Source: Octopus sinensis | Lineage: Eukaryota | NCBI RefSeq assembly: GCF_006345805.1 | Contig: NC_042997.1 | Location: forward strand, 40,424,001-40,488,000 | Direction: 5' to 3' | DNA: 64,000 nt | Shown: positions 1 to 14,500 of the stretch, piece after piece | Numbering within the stretch: position 1 is the stretch's first letter | Layout of the letters: the number at the start of each line of letters is the position of its first letter | Made by a program: the position numbers and the translations under genes | Notes under the pieces: model-generated | The model's input: only the letters and a program-made list of their open reading frames with translations | Databases searched by the model: none | What the model was told of the DNA's origin: nothing

Positions 1-158
1 TCTCTGTTTCAGCTTTTCTCTCTCTCTCTCTCACACTGTCTCTCTCTCTTTCACTTGTTCTTATTTTCTTTATTCGTCATCTTCTCGCTTATTTTCTGTT
101 TTGCTTTCTCATCTGTTTTGAAAAAGTTGTTCAATATTCTCGTAAATAGAACGCAGAT

Positions 159-535
159 ACACATACATACATACATACATACAGACATACATACCTAAAT
201 ACATACATACATACATATATACATAGAAACATACACACATATAATACATACATACATAAATACCTACATAAATACATACATACGTACATACATACATACA
301 TACACACATATATACATACAAACATACATAGATACATACATACATACACACACACATTCATGCATACATATATACAGAGAAATATATATATATAAACAAA
401 CGTACATGCGTGTATACAAACACAAATATACATATGCGTACATAAGTACAAACGTACATGAATACGCAAATGCATGCATTCATGCGTATATAATAAAAAG
501 ATAAACATTTACACACACACACACACACACACACA

Positions 536-575
<40 letters not shown>

Positions 576-860
576 CAGACGCACATATATATATACCCAG
601 ACACACACACATACACACACACACACATATATGTATATATATATATATATATACACAGACGCATATATGTACTTACATATAGACACAAAATACGCAGTCA
701 CATATAAACACATACGTAAGTACGCGCGGAACACGGAGGCACACGTCGATATGCATACGCGTGCATACACATTCACACGCATACAAAGCACGTGCAACAA
801 CCCCCACCTCACCACCATTCCCACACGCACGCACACATGCACGCACGCACACGCACGCAC
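159..860. repeat. Compound (TACA)n/(TA)n/(CA)n microsatellites
   Basis: Direct inspection. Confidence 0.95.
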
Positions 861-1320
861 ACATGCACGCCTATGCATGTGCTCGAATGTTGCCGCACGT
901 AACTCTACGCTTAATATTTGTAAACTACATTAGTTCCGGATCTCGCTGTGGAGACGGGCATATGTTGCGTTGGTAGTGTTGGCGGTGGTAGTGCTGGTGG
1001 TGGATTTAACTTTGCTGTTGTTACCTTTGTTGTTGTTCACCTTGTTGTTGTTGTTGTCGTTGTTGTTACTCTGTGGTGTTTGCGTCGGTATAGGTGTCGC
1101 CGCCGGCTGAAGGTGTGTGTGTTTGTTGTGTGTGTGTGTGTGTTTGTTGGTGTGATTAATCGTGGAATCCTACCGCCAGTTCCAACACAACAACTAAGCT
1201 CTCTGCATAGGAAGGACTACACACACTGGTGATGGGAAAAGAACGAACGCGAGAAACAATTATATGAAGCCATAGAAATAAGCAAAACAAACAAACAAAC
1301 ACGCAAACACGTACGCTCGT

Positions 1321-1395
<75 letters not shown>

Positions 1396-1528
1396 GACAC
1401 ACACACAACTATTCAGAGCATAGAAAAACTTCCATAGAAAGATCGGGATGGCGAGTAAACCAGTAAAATCATTATCCAGAAGGTAAGCAAACTAAATGTA
1501 TTTCATTATATCGCTATTTACTTCTGGG

Positions 1529-1530
<2 letters not shown>

Positions 1531-1610
<80 letters not shown>

Positions 1611-1645
1611 TAATAATGATAATAATAATAATAATAATAATAATG

Positions 1646-1688
<43 letters not shown>

Positions 1689-1735
1689 TAATAATAATAA
1701 TAATAATAATGACAATAATAATAATAATAATGATG

Positions 1736-1772
<37 letters not shown>

Positions 1773-1961
1773 TAATAATAATAATAATAATAATGATAAT
1801 AATAATAATAATAATAATAATGACAATAATAATAATGATAATAATAATAATGATAATAATAATAATAATAATAATAATGATAATAATGACAATAATAATA
1901 ATGATAATAATAATGATAATAATTATAATTATATAATATCAACAACAACAACAACAACAAC

Positions 1962-1996
<35 letters not shown>

Positions 1997-2105
1997 TATT
2001 AATAATGATAATAATAATAATGATAATAATAATAATAATTATAATTATATAATAATAACATCATCAACAACAACAACAACAACAACAACAATAATAATAA
2101 TAATA
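1531..2105. repeat. (AAT/GAT/AAC)n microsatellite
   Basis: Direct inspection. Confidence 0.98.
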
Positions 2106-2501
2106 ATGTTTGTTACAATCACTTGGGTGTCTCGGCAAGTGGTTGTAACAAACATTCAGATTAAAAGTAAATAACAATAGCAGCTGCAACAACAACAACA
2201 ACAATAATAGCTATAATGATAATAATAATAATGATGATAATGGTTTAAAATTTTGACACGAGGCCAGGGATATCCGGGGATGCTCTAGGTCGATTTCCTT
2301 GGTCCTTGTGTTCAACTTACTTTCTCCAAACAATAAAAAGAATTCAATCTCAGCAGAATTTGAAATTAATAATAATAATAATAAATCGGAATATTGCTGC
2401 CCCGGCTCTTTTGTGTTTGAGTTCAAACCCATCATCTTCTGGGACTGAATTTTCTTTTCTTTTTTTTTTCTTTCGGGATCGATAAAATACCTGCAGCAGT
2501 C

Positions 2502-2652
2502 TAAATGGTGTTTGATTGGCGGAATCGATAGAGTTTCGGCCAACATAAGTTGCTGTGTTTGTTCCGGCCTCGTTTGTTCTGAGTTCGCCTGCGACGATAC
2601 CAATGCCATATTGTGTTTCACTATATCGATTCCGCCAATCAAACCCCATTTA
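2502..2652. repeat. Inverted repeat, 29-bp arms
   Basis: TAAATGGTGTTTGATTGGCGGAATCGATA versus 2624-2652, 1 mismatch. Confidence 0.9.
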
Positions 2653-2882
2653 AGGCGGCGTGCTGGCAGAACCGTTAGCACGCCGGGCGAAATGCGTAGC
2701 CGTATTTCGTCTGCCGTTACGTTCTGAGTTCAAACTCCGCCGAGGTCGACTTTGCCTTTCATCCTTTCGGGGTCGATAAATTACGTACCAATTAAGCACT
2801 GGGGTCGATGTAATCGTCTTAATCCGTTTATCTGTCCTTGTTTATCCCCTTTATGTTTAGCCCCTTGTGGGTAATAAAGAAA
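2652..2882 (+). mobile_element. tRNA-derived SINE (family A), monomer
   Basis: AAGGCGGCGTGCTGGCAGAA head, B-box-like GAGTTCAAACTCC, body GTCGACTTTGCCTTTCATCCTTTCGGGGTCGAT. At least 7 related copies occur in the window. Confidence 0.88.
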
Positions 2883-3099
2883 CATATATTGTGTTTCACT
2901 GCGCTTTGGTTTAACTTTGTACAATATCAGTGGTACAACATCAGGGGTAGAGTGGGGATAGAGGGTGGACTTTATTTACACCCTGAAGCTCTTTTCAGGT
3001 GTATCTTTATAGTCAGCTGTGTCCGCTGAGGGCCGTAGGTATTTGTTCTGCACTCCTCATTTCTATCCCCACTGTCATTTTCCTTTCCGTATTATACAG

Positions 3100-3583
<484 letters not shown>

Positions 3584-4045
3584 AATAGAAACTCATACAC
3601 ACACGTTTGTATATGTGTGGTATGGGATTGTTTGAGCGTGTATATTTGTGTGGCTATGCATGTCTTGTGGTGAATGCCTGTGTGTGTGTGTGTGCGTGTG
3701 TGTGTGGGGGGGGTGTATGCGTTGATATGTAGGTACATGTGCAGGATTAAGAATAATACCGTCCTGAGTTTGATCTCACTGCTCGGCACTCGGGAAACAA
3801 GTGCTTTCTACCACAAACGTTTCGTTAGCGAATCTGAACAAGTAAACACCCTTCTTTAAGTGGACTACATCAGTTATTGAAAGATCCAGCATGTCACAGT
3901 CTACACCATATTGCGATATTATGTTAATAGTTAAAGTGCAAACGGAATACACATCCACTTAGACTATGATGCAGACTATAAGCATGTAGTGCTGTCGTAA
4001 AACCCATCTTCATCACGTACACCTCTCTATATATAAATATACAAA

Positions 4046-4120
<75 letters not shown>

Positions 4121-4123
4121 TAT

Positions 4124-4340
4124 TACTCTTTTACTTGTTTCAGTCATTTGACTGCGGCCATGCTGGAGCACCGCTTTTAGTCGAGGAGATCGACCCCAGG
4201 ACTTATTCTTTGTAAGCCCAGTACTTATTCTATCGGTCTCTTATGCCGAACCGCTAAGTGACGGGGACGTAAACACACCAGCATCGGTTGTCAAGCAATG
4301 CTAGGGGGAAAAACACATACACACAAACACATACACACAT

Positions 4341-4381
<41 letters not shown>

Positions 4382-4540
4382 TACGACAGGCTTCTTTCAG
4401 TTTCCGTCTTCCAAATCCACTCACAAGGCTTTGGTCGGCCCGGGGCTATAGCAGAAGACACTTGCCCAAGATGCCACGCAGTGGGACTGAACCCGGAACC
4501 ATGTGGCTGGTTAGCAAGCTACTTACCACACAGCCACTCG
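4124..4540 (-). mobile_element. tRNA-derived SINE (family C, CORE-like TTGGGCAAGTG motif) with internal (TA/TG)n
   Basis: Minus strand has A-box TGGCTGTGTGGT, B-box GGGTTCAGTCCC and CTTGGGCAAGTGTCTTC, then a microsatellite and a 170-bp 3' module also seen at 56821. Confidence 0.85.
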
Positions 4541-5017
4541 CATTGTATGTATGTATGTATACAAAATAATATAAAATAATATATATTATAATGTATATAG
4601 AAACGCATGTGTGCATGCGTGTGCGTGTTTATGTGTATGTGTGTGGGTGTTTATAAAGTCTATAAAATAACAGAAATGACTGCAAGTCACGAAACTCTTC
4701 TCACGGTTATTAGTGAGTGAAAAATGATGTGATTTAGCCATGGGCATGTATAGACAGATTCTCGATAGCAGTGACAAGAACGTAGTGGTTGAACCACATC
4801 AAGAAATCGACATGGAAGAAGATGATTTGTAAAGTTGAAGTTGGCAGATGACCAAGAAAGATGGAAGGAAGAGGTCGGATGTATAAATATGCATGTACGG
4901 CCCTCGGCGGCCACTGATTTTGATTGCTTTACACTTACATACATGCACCACGCACACACGCACACGCATACTCACACAAACATACACACACATGCACAAA
5001 CACACACACTCACCTAT

Positions 5018-5061
<44 letters not shown>

Positions 5062-5727
5062 ATCTATATATGTATAGCAACATAAGTTCTTTTCCTTTTT
5101 CATGCTTGTAGGAGATTAAAGTAATGAAACTGAAAATGCGTTTGAAGTCTTTAAGAAGATTTATTTGCATTAAACTTAACTGGTTTCACAATTTCATGGT
5201 TTTCAAAAGTTGTATAAGATAGAATGACGTAGTTATACTGTAACTAGCGAGACTACGTTATGACTCCACACCTCCTCTCCATCATAAATTTAAATTTAAA
5301 AGAGTATGAAAACAGACACATCATCACAGACCGAATGTGTGAGTATTTTATGGCTGTTTTCAGCCTTTCAAACACGAAAGTTTAAAAACATTTTAACAAT
5401 ATTTTTAATATAATAAATTATTTTTCACTCAAGAAAATCATGTTTCAAATATTGTGATTGTACCTGGAAACTTTTCTAAAATCTTTTGAAAATATTTATG
5501 TATTTACGTATGTCTGTGTTTGCAGGTGCACGCACGCGCACATACACACAGCTAACGACACCGTAAAGTGCAGATGCACATATATGCAAGCATATGTATG
5601 TGTCTCTCTCAATGCGTATCCATATATGTGTATGTATGTATATATATATATATATATATATATGTATGCATATATATATTTAATTATCTATCTATTTATC
5701 TATCACTCTCTCTTTCTTTCTGTATAC

Positions 5728-5765
<38 letters not shown>

Positions 5766-5781
5766 ATGTATATATATATGC

Positions 5782-5827
<46 letters not shown>

Positions 5828-6313
5828 TAATAAATAAAATATATGCATACATACAACATATATGTACGTATCTACATCTACATGTATATATACATGCATA
5901 TACAAATATATATACGTGAGTACAGGACACCACAACTAGACGTAGAACTCAACGAGAAACGAAAACGGAAAAAACCATTTTTTATAGCAGAAAAACAGAG
6001 TACAGGACATACTACACAAGGAAAAATCCCCTATCATCAGCTGTCACTAGTTCGACTCTAGCGTGTTTCGAAGGCAAGACAGGACACGTCTCGCCAAACT
6101 AGACCTTCCTGCGAGAGGATTAAAATAAAATGACCTCGCAGAGGGGTAAAAACAAGCAAGAAAAAATGTAACACAAACAGGACGTAAAAACGATACGAAT
6201 AAAACTACAAAATAAAATACAAGATAAAAATACATGTACAAGAAAATACAATACGATATATATATGTATATATATGCATGTATATATATATATATATAAT
6301 ACAATAATAAATA

Positions 6314-6410
<97 letters not shown>

Positions 6411-7178
6411 AGTATACATGCATACATGGGTGCAGGACATCACCAACAGTGTAAATAACTTGAAATACGTAAACAAACGAGGGAGAAACGAGTGAAATAC
6501 GAGAAGAGCGCGAAAATATGGAAAACAGGAGAAGTAAACACAGAGACAGAACTCTTCATCAGTTTCCAGCTACTTGTCCTGTTTACCATTTTTTCTCTGT
6601 TCATTATTTCATGTTATTTGCACTTCTGGTGACGTCTGTACCGATATATGCATGTATATATATATATATATCATTATTAATAAATTCCAGGGTAGCAAAA
6701 AAAAAGGAAAGAAAATTTCTTTGCTACCAGTGGTCTAGCGAAAAGAAAAAAACTAGTCAATAGACTATATATTATTCATATAAATATAGTGTACATTTAA
6801 ACATATAAGAGATGGCCATAACAGGACATCTGACCCGCTAGAAGGAGTAGTTAAACTCCAAACCACTATTAGGGGTAATTTTGAAAGGGAATGAAAAATA
6901 AAACGTTTACCCTTTATTTCCTATACCATGGTTTGAAGCTATCTTCAGCAAATAAAATAATTTATCTGGCGAAGATCTCGCCAGTAGGAATGCCTATTAG
7001 AGTTACTTCCCAAAAGGGAAGTTAGCTTTAATAGGTAGAAAAAAATACACGCAACCATATTCTCTCAATACATTTGAAACTTCGAGTACTATTATGACAA
7101 CTTACATATTGTCCTAAACTATACATATATTAATATTCCTCTATTTACCCAATATCAAGGTCTCATTCTTTTGTTGCC

Positions 7179-7181
<3 letters not shown>

Positions 7182-7212
<31 letters not shown>

Positions 7213-7290
7213 ATTATTATTATCATCATCATCATCATCATCATTATTATTATTATTATTATTATTATCATCATCATCATCATCATCATT

Positions 7291-7322
<32 letters not shown>

Positions 7323-7357
7323 TATTATTATTATTATTATTATTATATTATTATTAT

Positions 7358-7395
<38 letters not shown>
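7182..7395. repeat. (ATT/ATC)n + (TA)n microsatellite
   Basis: Direct inspection. Confidence 0.97.
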
Positions 7396-7399
7396 ATAA

Positions 7400-7604
7400 A
7401 GTTAATCCAAACAAGAAAACACAAAAAAAACACAGCAACACGAGGACGTGGAACAAATAAAGTTTTATTGGACGCTCAGGAAAGAAGGGAAGAAGGAGGG
7501 TTTAACGTTTCGAGCGGTGCTCTTCGTCGGAAACATAGGAGAAGGAAAGATCTAGAGAAGGGAAGGCAGAGGAAAAAAATCACTGGCGGTACTCACGCGG
7601 TCAC

Positions 7605-7605
<1 letters not shown>
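7400..7605 (-). mobile_element. PLE pLTR-like repeat, related family
   Basis: After (TA)n. Contains TTATTGGACGCTC...ACGTTTCGAGCGGTGCTCTTCGTCGGAAA, with the same layout as 57719. Confidence 0.5.
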
Positions 7606-7646
<41 letters not shown>

Positions 7647-7830
7647 TATATATATAAGCACCTTGGAGCAGCAAGTTACGTACTAGAGCACTAAATCTAA
7701 GAGTCAGATTTGAACTGCAGTTCAAGATGAGGAACTTTATATTCGCAGGCTTTCGATATTCATACGAAGATATGATATAAACACAAAACAGCTCCACAAC
7801 AATATTCTGGCGAGGGAAAGTGTTTTAATA

Positions 7831-8170
7831 TACGATGGCGTACGGAAAAGTTCCCGCCAGCGGGTAATAGAAAATAAAAGATCAGTTAATTATGATTTTA
7901 TAAAACATATTCCCCTCTCAGATTCATACATTTATTGCAGCGGTCCTTCAGTTTTTCTAAGCCCTGTAAAGGAACTCGGAAGGTTGGGCCTCCAGCCAAA
8001 CCTTTCCCGACACCTTTAAAGCTAGTAACGTTTCGGTTAATCAACTTTCTGGCAACCAGTACTCCGATTCGAACTCAGTTACCCGTTGAAGCTATTTCAT
8101 TTTTGCTTGTATCAGTTGTACACCTTGTTAAATCACACTTGCAACAAAATAGGATTTATGTTCTCTAAGA
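7831..8170 (-). mobile_element. Mariner transposon 3' remnant with TIR
   Basis: Minus strand reads GLEKLKDRCNKCMNLRGEYVL*, similar to the mariner C-terminus (KL..RW.KCI.L.GDYV). A TIR-like TACGATGGCGTACGGAAAAGTTCCCG follows at 7831. Confidence 0.6.
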
Positions 8171-8299
8171 CCATGCGACTTTAACGTGATACATCACGGA
8201 TAATGTATTGATATATTAGAGACCATATCCTTATAATTGTTTGGTTTTCAAAAATATCATTATATTGATAATATTCTATATTTGATGTGTGCAGGGCTT

Positions 8300-9340
8300 C
8301 CATGATTATTGTGTTCGTGGATATCTGCGTGCATAAACAACGCATTTTTGCATGTGAGTATCTATACATGAATCGTGGGATCATTACATATTTTGCCAAT
8401 GCTTTGCCAACGCTGTGAATAAATAAGTGCACACACTCATATAATAAAAGATCTCTAAATTGAAAATGTGGCCATTTTCTATAACATGCCAATTCACAAT
8501 GTCAACAAAATATTTTTTTTGAATTACCCTAAAATAATTGTATAGGAACACAAATAAATAAATAAATAAAAATTCCTTGAAGTGTACTTTGTATTGTTTT
8601 GAATCCAAATAATTATTTGTGAATTTTCTTCCAGTTGTTTTGAAAGAACATCATTCATTTTCTGCTCCGATGAGCGTTGAAATGTCAAGACGCTTTTGTC
8701 TCTGTATCTTCGATAACGCTTTATAAATATCTCAAAATGATTTCTATTTATTTCATGTTATTTATTAGCTTCAGACACTTTCTCATAGATGACCTATTAT
8801 CTTAGTATTTTAAAAGCAATGATAAACTTCAGCATACCTGTTTGTAGATGCAGTTTTTTTTCTAATATTAATGAGTTAGAAAAAGAGGATATTCTGCTGT
8901 ATATTTCTATGATCGATTTTATTAACCTATTTTGTAGTTTCCCTTGAAGGGGTTTTCTTACACAAAGCGATCAACAATGTTTTAATTTGAGCTTTTGCCT
9001 TGGTGCTGTACTTCGTCTTCCTACGCTCTGTTCACTCATATCAATTGTTGGCTGCAGTATTTTTTGTCATGCTCATATTTCAATATTTCGCAATATAAAT
9101 AACTTCACACCTTGTCTTCCCCTTTAGAATAACATATGATTTATTGCAAAACATATCATTTCATTCCAATTTAAAATCATAAAGAATTTTGTTATCTTTC
9201 AACTTCTGGTTGACATGAAAATATTTTATAGCATGATCGTGTTTTCTTACAATTCAATTTCTATTTTAATTGTAGAAGTCCGCGCTATATGCTCATTTTG
9301 TCTTGTTTTTCAGAGACCAAGTTTATCTTCCAGCCTTCTG
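8300..9340 (-). mobile_element. Highly degenerate LINE-like (possibly L1/Tx1) coding remnant
   Basis: A long stop-interrupted frame contains NWKKIHK.LF and a C*HC...LLLYEC knuckle-like segment. The family assignment is weak. Confidence 0.25.
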
Positions 9341-9572
9341 AATTAATAAATCTATATTATCATTCTGTTACGACCTACGTATGCAATACACAACAATGGA
9401 ACGAAATCATATACCTAATCTATTATATACATTACGTCTATTCGTAAGAGGATTGACTAATAAACCACCGAACGATACCGGAGACATAATCTATTATAGA
9501 TACATTTGTATTATTCCTAATATTCATAAGACTATTGACTGAAAAGTAAATATTTATGCAAGTGACACACCC

Positions 9573-9583
9573 AGTGACTACCG

Positions 9584-9660
<77 letters not shown>

Positions 9661-9706
9661 GCTAGCTAGCTAGCTAGCTACACACACATATACATGTGTG
9701 TGTAGC

Positions 9707-9795
<89 letters not shown>

Positions 9796-9806
9796 CGGTA
9801 GTCACT
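9573..9806. repeat. Fold-back inverted repeat enclosing (ATCT)n/(AGAT)n
   Basis: Outer arms are AGTGACTACCGTATT / AATACGGTAGTCACT. The centre is GCTACACACACAT-atac-ATGTGTGTGTAGC. Confidence 0.95.
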
Positions 9807-10889
9807 ATACTTCGTCCAATGAGATTGGGAATTCATATAGTTATATGCATTTTCTTTGATACGTAAGTATGGATGTTACCGATGTAATCGTAAGTGGATA
9901 GGACTAATATAATAGAAAATGTCTATGATTATGCTTCACCGTTAAAGCGTTTGATATATACATTATTCTTTGAACACGTTTTTGATCATTTAATTACATT
10001 GTCATAATGGGGAAGATGGAAAGAAGTGAACTTGTATTTTCTCATGGACTGCTGTATGTGACTTTTCTAGAACATTTTCACTTTTTCATATAGATCATAG
10101 ATAAAAGAATTATGGATAATGACTCTTGAGGCCTAACCGGTGCCAAGTCTATAAGAAAGAATGTAGTTTTTAACAATGTTATATCCAAAGTCAGTATTAC
10201 CTCTATAGACTCTACGCCATCTCAAAAATATAATTTGAAGGGAAATTAGGAAGTCTATGCTTCTCTCTAAACATGCAATGACCTCATAATTTTGCAAAAA
10301 ATCGCAGAATTTGTATGGATGTTGGTAGTTACATATCAGTATGGTATTGGGATTAATTGACTCTTTCTGCTATTACAATTGTGACAATGACTCCTTCGTC
10401 CCTACTGCCAACATCACTACATATCATAATCTCTACCTAAACCCTATCAATCTCTTCCCTTCTCTATCCTCTTCTAACTCCTCCTTCATTATTTGTTTCT
10501 CAGTCTTTAGTTCTTACATCGGAGGTTCTTACAATCGAGGAACGAACTGATTATATTAATATTCAGTTCCAAAGCATTTTATGTTGTCTTACTCAAAGCG
10601 TTTTTCTGAGTATTAAATAAGTAACCTACATTTGTCTAGATCTAACGAAGAAACCTTAACGCAATCGTTCATTTTGTTACAAATAACAGTAAAATCTCCC
10701 TTCAGTCGCATGAAAGAGAATCAACTAAGCAAAAAGACGAGGTGGCCTAAGTGGGGATTATTTGCTCATAAGTTTTCTTTATCGGGGTTGATCTGGGATT
10801 AAGCAACGTCAGCAGGAAGAAATCGTTTCGAAATGGTTCTTAAAATTTGGTGTTAAAACAACAATTTTGTTTTTATTCAGAGTTTTCAA

Positions 10890-11545
10890 CGCTTTCATGT
10901 CCCTTGATCCCAAATCTAGCATTCCTAAATTCATCTCAGTTCTAGTATTTCCATTTTCATGATAGAAGTTCCAATATTTTCATATCATTCACTGAATATA
11001 TATGGTCATTGGCCGCAATTCTAGAATTTCCATGCTCTTCGATTCCAGTTCAAGTATTTCTAAGATTCTTGATCCTAATCCTATTCTTTACATATTATTC
11101 AGTCCAAACCCTAGTATTTCTATGATCTTTAATTTTTATTGTTTTCAGATTTTCTTAATCCCGATTCTATTTCTGTGTTCCAAAATCTAATTTCAATTTA
11201 TTTCATGTTTCTTGGTTCTATTCTCCTATTTCCATGTTCTTTGATCAAAGTTTGCGTATTTCCTTATTTGGTGATAGCAGTTGTGTCATTTTCATGATTC
11301 TTGCTGCAAGTTCAAGTTCCATTATCTCAGTTCTTAGCCTGTATTTCCACGTTTTCCGATCTTCATTCTAGAATTTCTATGTTCATTGAGCCTAATTTTA
11401 ATATTGTTAAGTATTTTAGTCTCAATTCCAATATTCCCATGTTTTGAATTCCAGTTCTTTTATTTTTGTTTTGTTTTTTATTTATTTCCGTTCTACTATT
11501 TCCATGTTCATTGAATCCAATTCTTATATTTCCATGGATTACAAT
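10890..11545. repeat. Cryptic degenerate minisatellite, ~29-30-bp unit
   Basis: Recurring ATTTCCATGTTC(A/T)TTGA(T/A)(C/T)C-A(A/G)TTC-like units, e.g. near 11025, 11226, 11376, 11431 and 11498. Confidence 0.6.
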
Positions 11546-14500
11546 ATCGATAAATTTATACATTTTTTCTTTCCCATTTGAAAACTATCTGATCTTCTAT
11601 TTTCTATTATGCAGTCATATTGAATGCCTTTGTCATAAAAAGTGTTGACATCATTCAATTAAGTTATATTACTTAACTTGTGTTTTATATACTTTTTAAA
11701 TTTTTGGAAGTGGTATTTTTTTTCCATTTTCCATAATGAAACATTGTCGCTGTATCGTTGTGTCGTCATTGCCGCCTTCTTCTTCATTCTCATTCACTCA
11801 GTATTATTATTATTATTATTATTATCTAGCTTCTTGTTTTTTACATAGTGACAAATCCCATTGTATACTTCCTTATACTGCATTCACTGAAATATTTTCT
11901 TGACTGTTTTCATATTCCTTATAAGTTTTCTCTACGTCTTTTTTCATACCCAATATATATGCATTTTTTTTTTCATTTACAATATTCTTTCTACTTACTA
12001 TAATATTTGAAAATGCGTTCTTTTTATTCTTGGGAATTTTCGTCCAAATTTTGTTTTTGTAGGCTTCATTTTCACAGTAGATTGGAGTACGTGCTTCTTT
12101 ACGTCCTATTATTTTATTCTAATATATCCTGAAATCTACTCACTTTCTCTTTATTTATTTATCCTTTTTCCCGATTTTAGTTTTCCCCCTTTTTCTCGTT
12201 TTGTTGATTCCGTTAACTGTGTCATATCCTGTCTAGAATTATTTATTCAGACAGTTGTTTTTATTCTATTTCTTTATATTACACTATTTTCTCAAGCTTA
12301 CTTCTTTTGTACGTTGTAGCATTGAAGTCGGCTCCAAAGAATCATTAATGTAAAAATAAATGTGTATAATGTTGCTGTCAAAACATATTATAAGAAGAGA
12401 AAAATATATAAATTGAGGATAGAGTGATACGTTGCGTTCACCCTTTGCCCATGAACATCACTCTCCGAAATGTATTTTCAACGATATCCCTATACCAAGC
12501 CAACATACGCCATTTTATATAATTTTTATGATATTCTTTCTATGTAAGTTTTCTAGATTGATTTCATCTTAAATTTCTTACTTTTATTATTAAACTAAAT
12601 TGTTTTTGCAAAAATGGACCATTCCTGGTCTACTAAATATTTAAAGATTACACTATTATTTAAAAAAAAAAACGAAAATCACGCGATGATATCAATAATT
12701 CACCGATATAGTTTTAATGTCAAGTATTATCGTTGTATGTTAGCCTCAAGAATCGAATTGATCAAGTAGATACATGATAAAAAATACATTCTAGCCATTA
12801 ACATTCTATCTTTTCTTTTTAAGAATAGAGCATTTCAGTTCTAGACCACATTATGGTTCTTCATAAAGATGCCAGTGTTTGGCTGATATATCTAGCAAAT
12901 CATTTAACCACATAAAGATTCCTTTGTTAAATGGTAATGTCAAGATTTTCAATGTGTGATTGTGGTTCAGTTCGGATTGGCAGCTATTCATTTCATTTCT
13001 CTGATCTAGTGAGCTGTAACGACAATAGATAAATAGATTTCAAAATTAGCTCCTATCCGTAGAAAACAATATCTTTCTCTTGATTTTCATAAACAATATT
13101 ATAACGAAAAACAAAAAAAATAATAGGATATGCAGAATCTTAGATTTGAGATTGTTAACTCGAATATACTACCTGAAATAACATGGTGATTTGAAAATTC
13201 TTTAAGGAAGGTTTATACTATACTTACAGAAGTATCTAAGAAACAGATCGTTATAGTTAATATTATATGTTGCTGTTGTTTAGCTTCAGGTTATTCCTGA
13301 ACTAGTAATTCTATGCTAAACGACTACCAGAGGCAGGTACTTATCTATTTGTTTTACGTTTTCTCATCTGTCCTTCCTTTTTTTAAGACGGTTTGTTGTA
13401 ATTTGACATTTGTCTGCTTTTTCTCTAGGGTTGAGATAATGTATAGAACTCAGCCCTTACTTTTTTCTGTTGTTGTTGTTGTTATTGATGGTGGTGATGT
13501 TTAGTCATAGATCAACTCTGAGTAAACCAATCACCAAAAAGTATTTCACTCGGAATCATCCAATCCTTTTAAAGTTATCTATTACCACGTTGCCTATTAC
13601 GATTTTACCATTTTGAATCTAGTTGCTTGCGGGTTGAGAGAAACTTGGCTGATATTTCTAGCAACTCAGGTGACTATATATTGGTTCTTATGTTGCCTAG
13701 CTTGGCTTGTTCTATAATATTTCAACGTACGACACCAGGAAAGAAATACCTAACAGATTTCATATTAAATTTTAAAAGTCTATTAGAAGCAAAGGATACC
13801 GGATTGTCTGTCATCGACACTGTATTGTATATAGGAATCTCAAGAAGAACAGATGCAACCTAACTGGATAACTGATATTGCATTAACATAGTTTACGTGA
13901 GGTGAATAATATAGTTTACGTGAAAAAATATGAAGGCTGCTTTTCTGACAATTTTACTGTTACTAAAATATCTTAAAAACATCTGCAAACATGAATTATT
14001 AATCATAAAACTATATATAAATATACACAAAGAAATTTTTATCTGGGTATTTTACTTCTATAAGCAAATTAAGCAATTATTTCAGTTACTATCAACATGA
14101 AAAAGAAGGCCCCCACATGAATAGATTTGAAGCGATAATCGACAGTGATAATCAGAACCAGATTATTTTCGTTTATAACATCTTCGTTTCATGGTACACG
14201 TTCTGTTGTAGGGAATTACCGGTACACGTTTTATAGGGAACCGCCTGATAAAGTATCCATCGGCGAGGCACTGCCTTAATCTGCCGGTGTTAAGAAAGCC
14301 GTCTTGAAGATTGGGTTAATTTACGATTATTTTTTATGACCGTCTCTCTGGATTATGTGGAACATCTAACTCCGTGTAGATTTTAATTTAGAATGATCTT
14401 GGTGCGACTAAGCCAAAGGACGAAGCTTTGAGCAGAAAATGACGTTTCCGACGTTAGGGAGGATAAGCAAGCACAAAGATTCTATGATGGCTGCTTCCCT

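Noticed and set aside
927-1232. ORF 948..1232 (TM-like poly-V then RRYRCRRR) and a Met-less minus-strand frame (…QPAATPIPTQTPQSNNN…TYARLHSEIRN*)
   Set aside because: Both are driven by GTT/GGT repeats, and there is no convincing in-frame splice acceptor or start. A real exon is not excluded but is unsupported.
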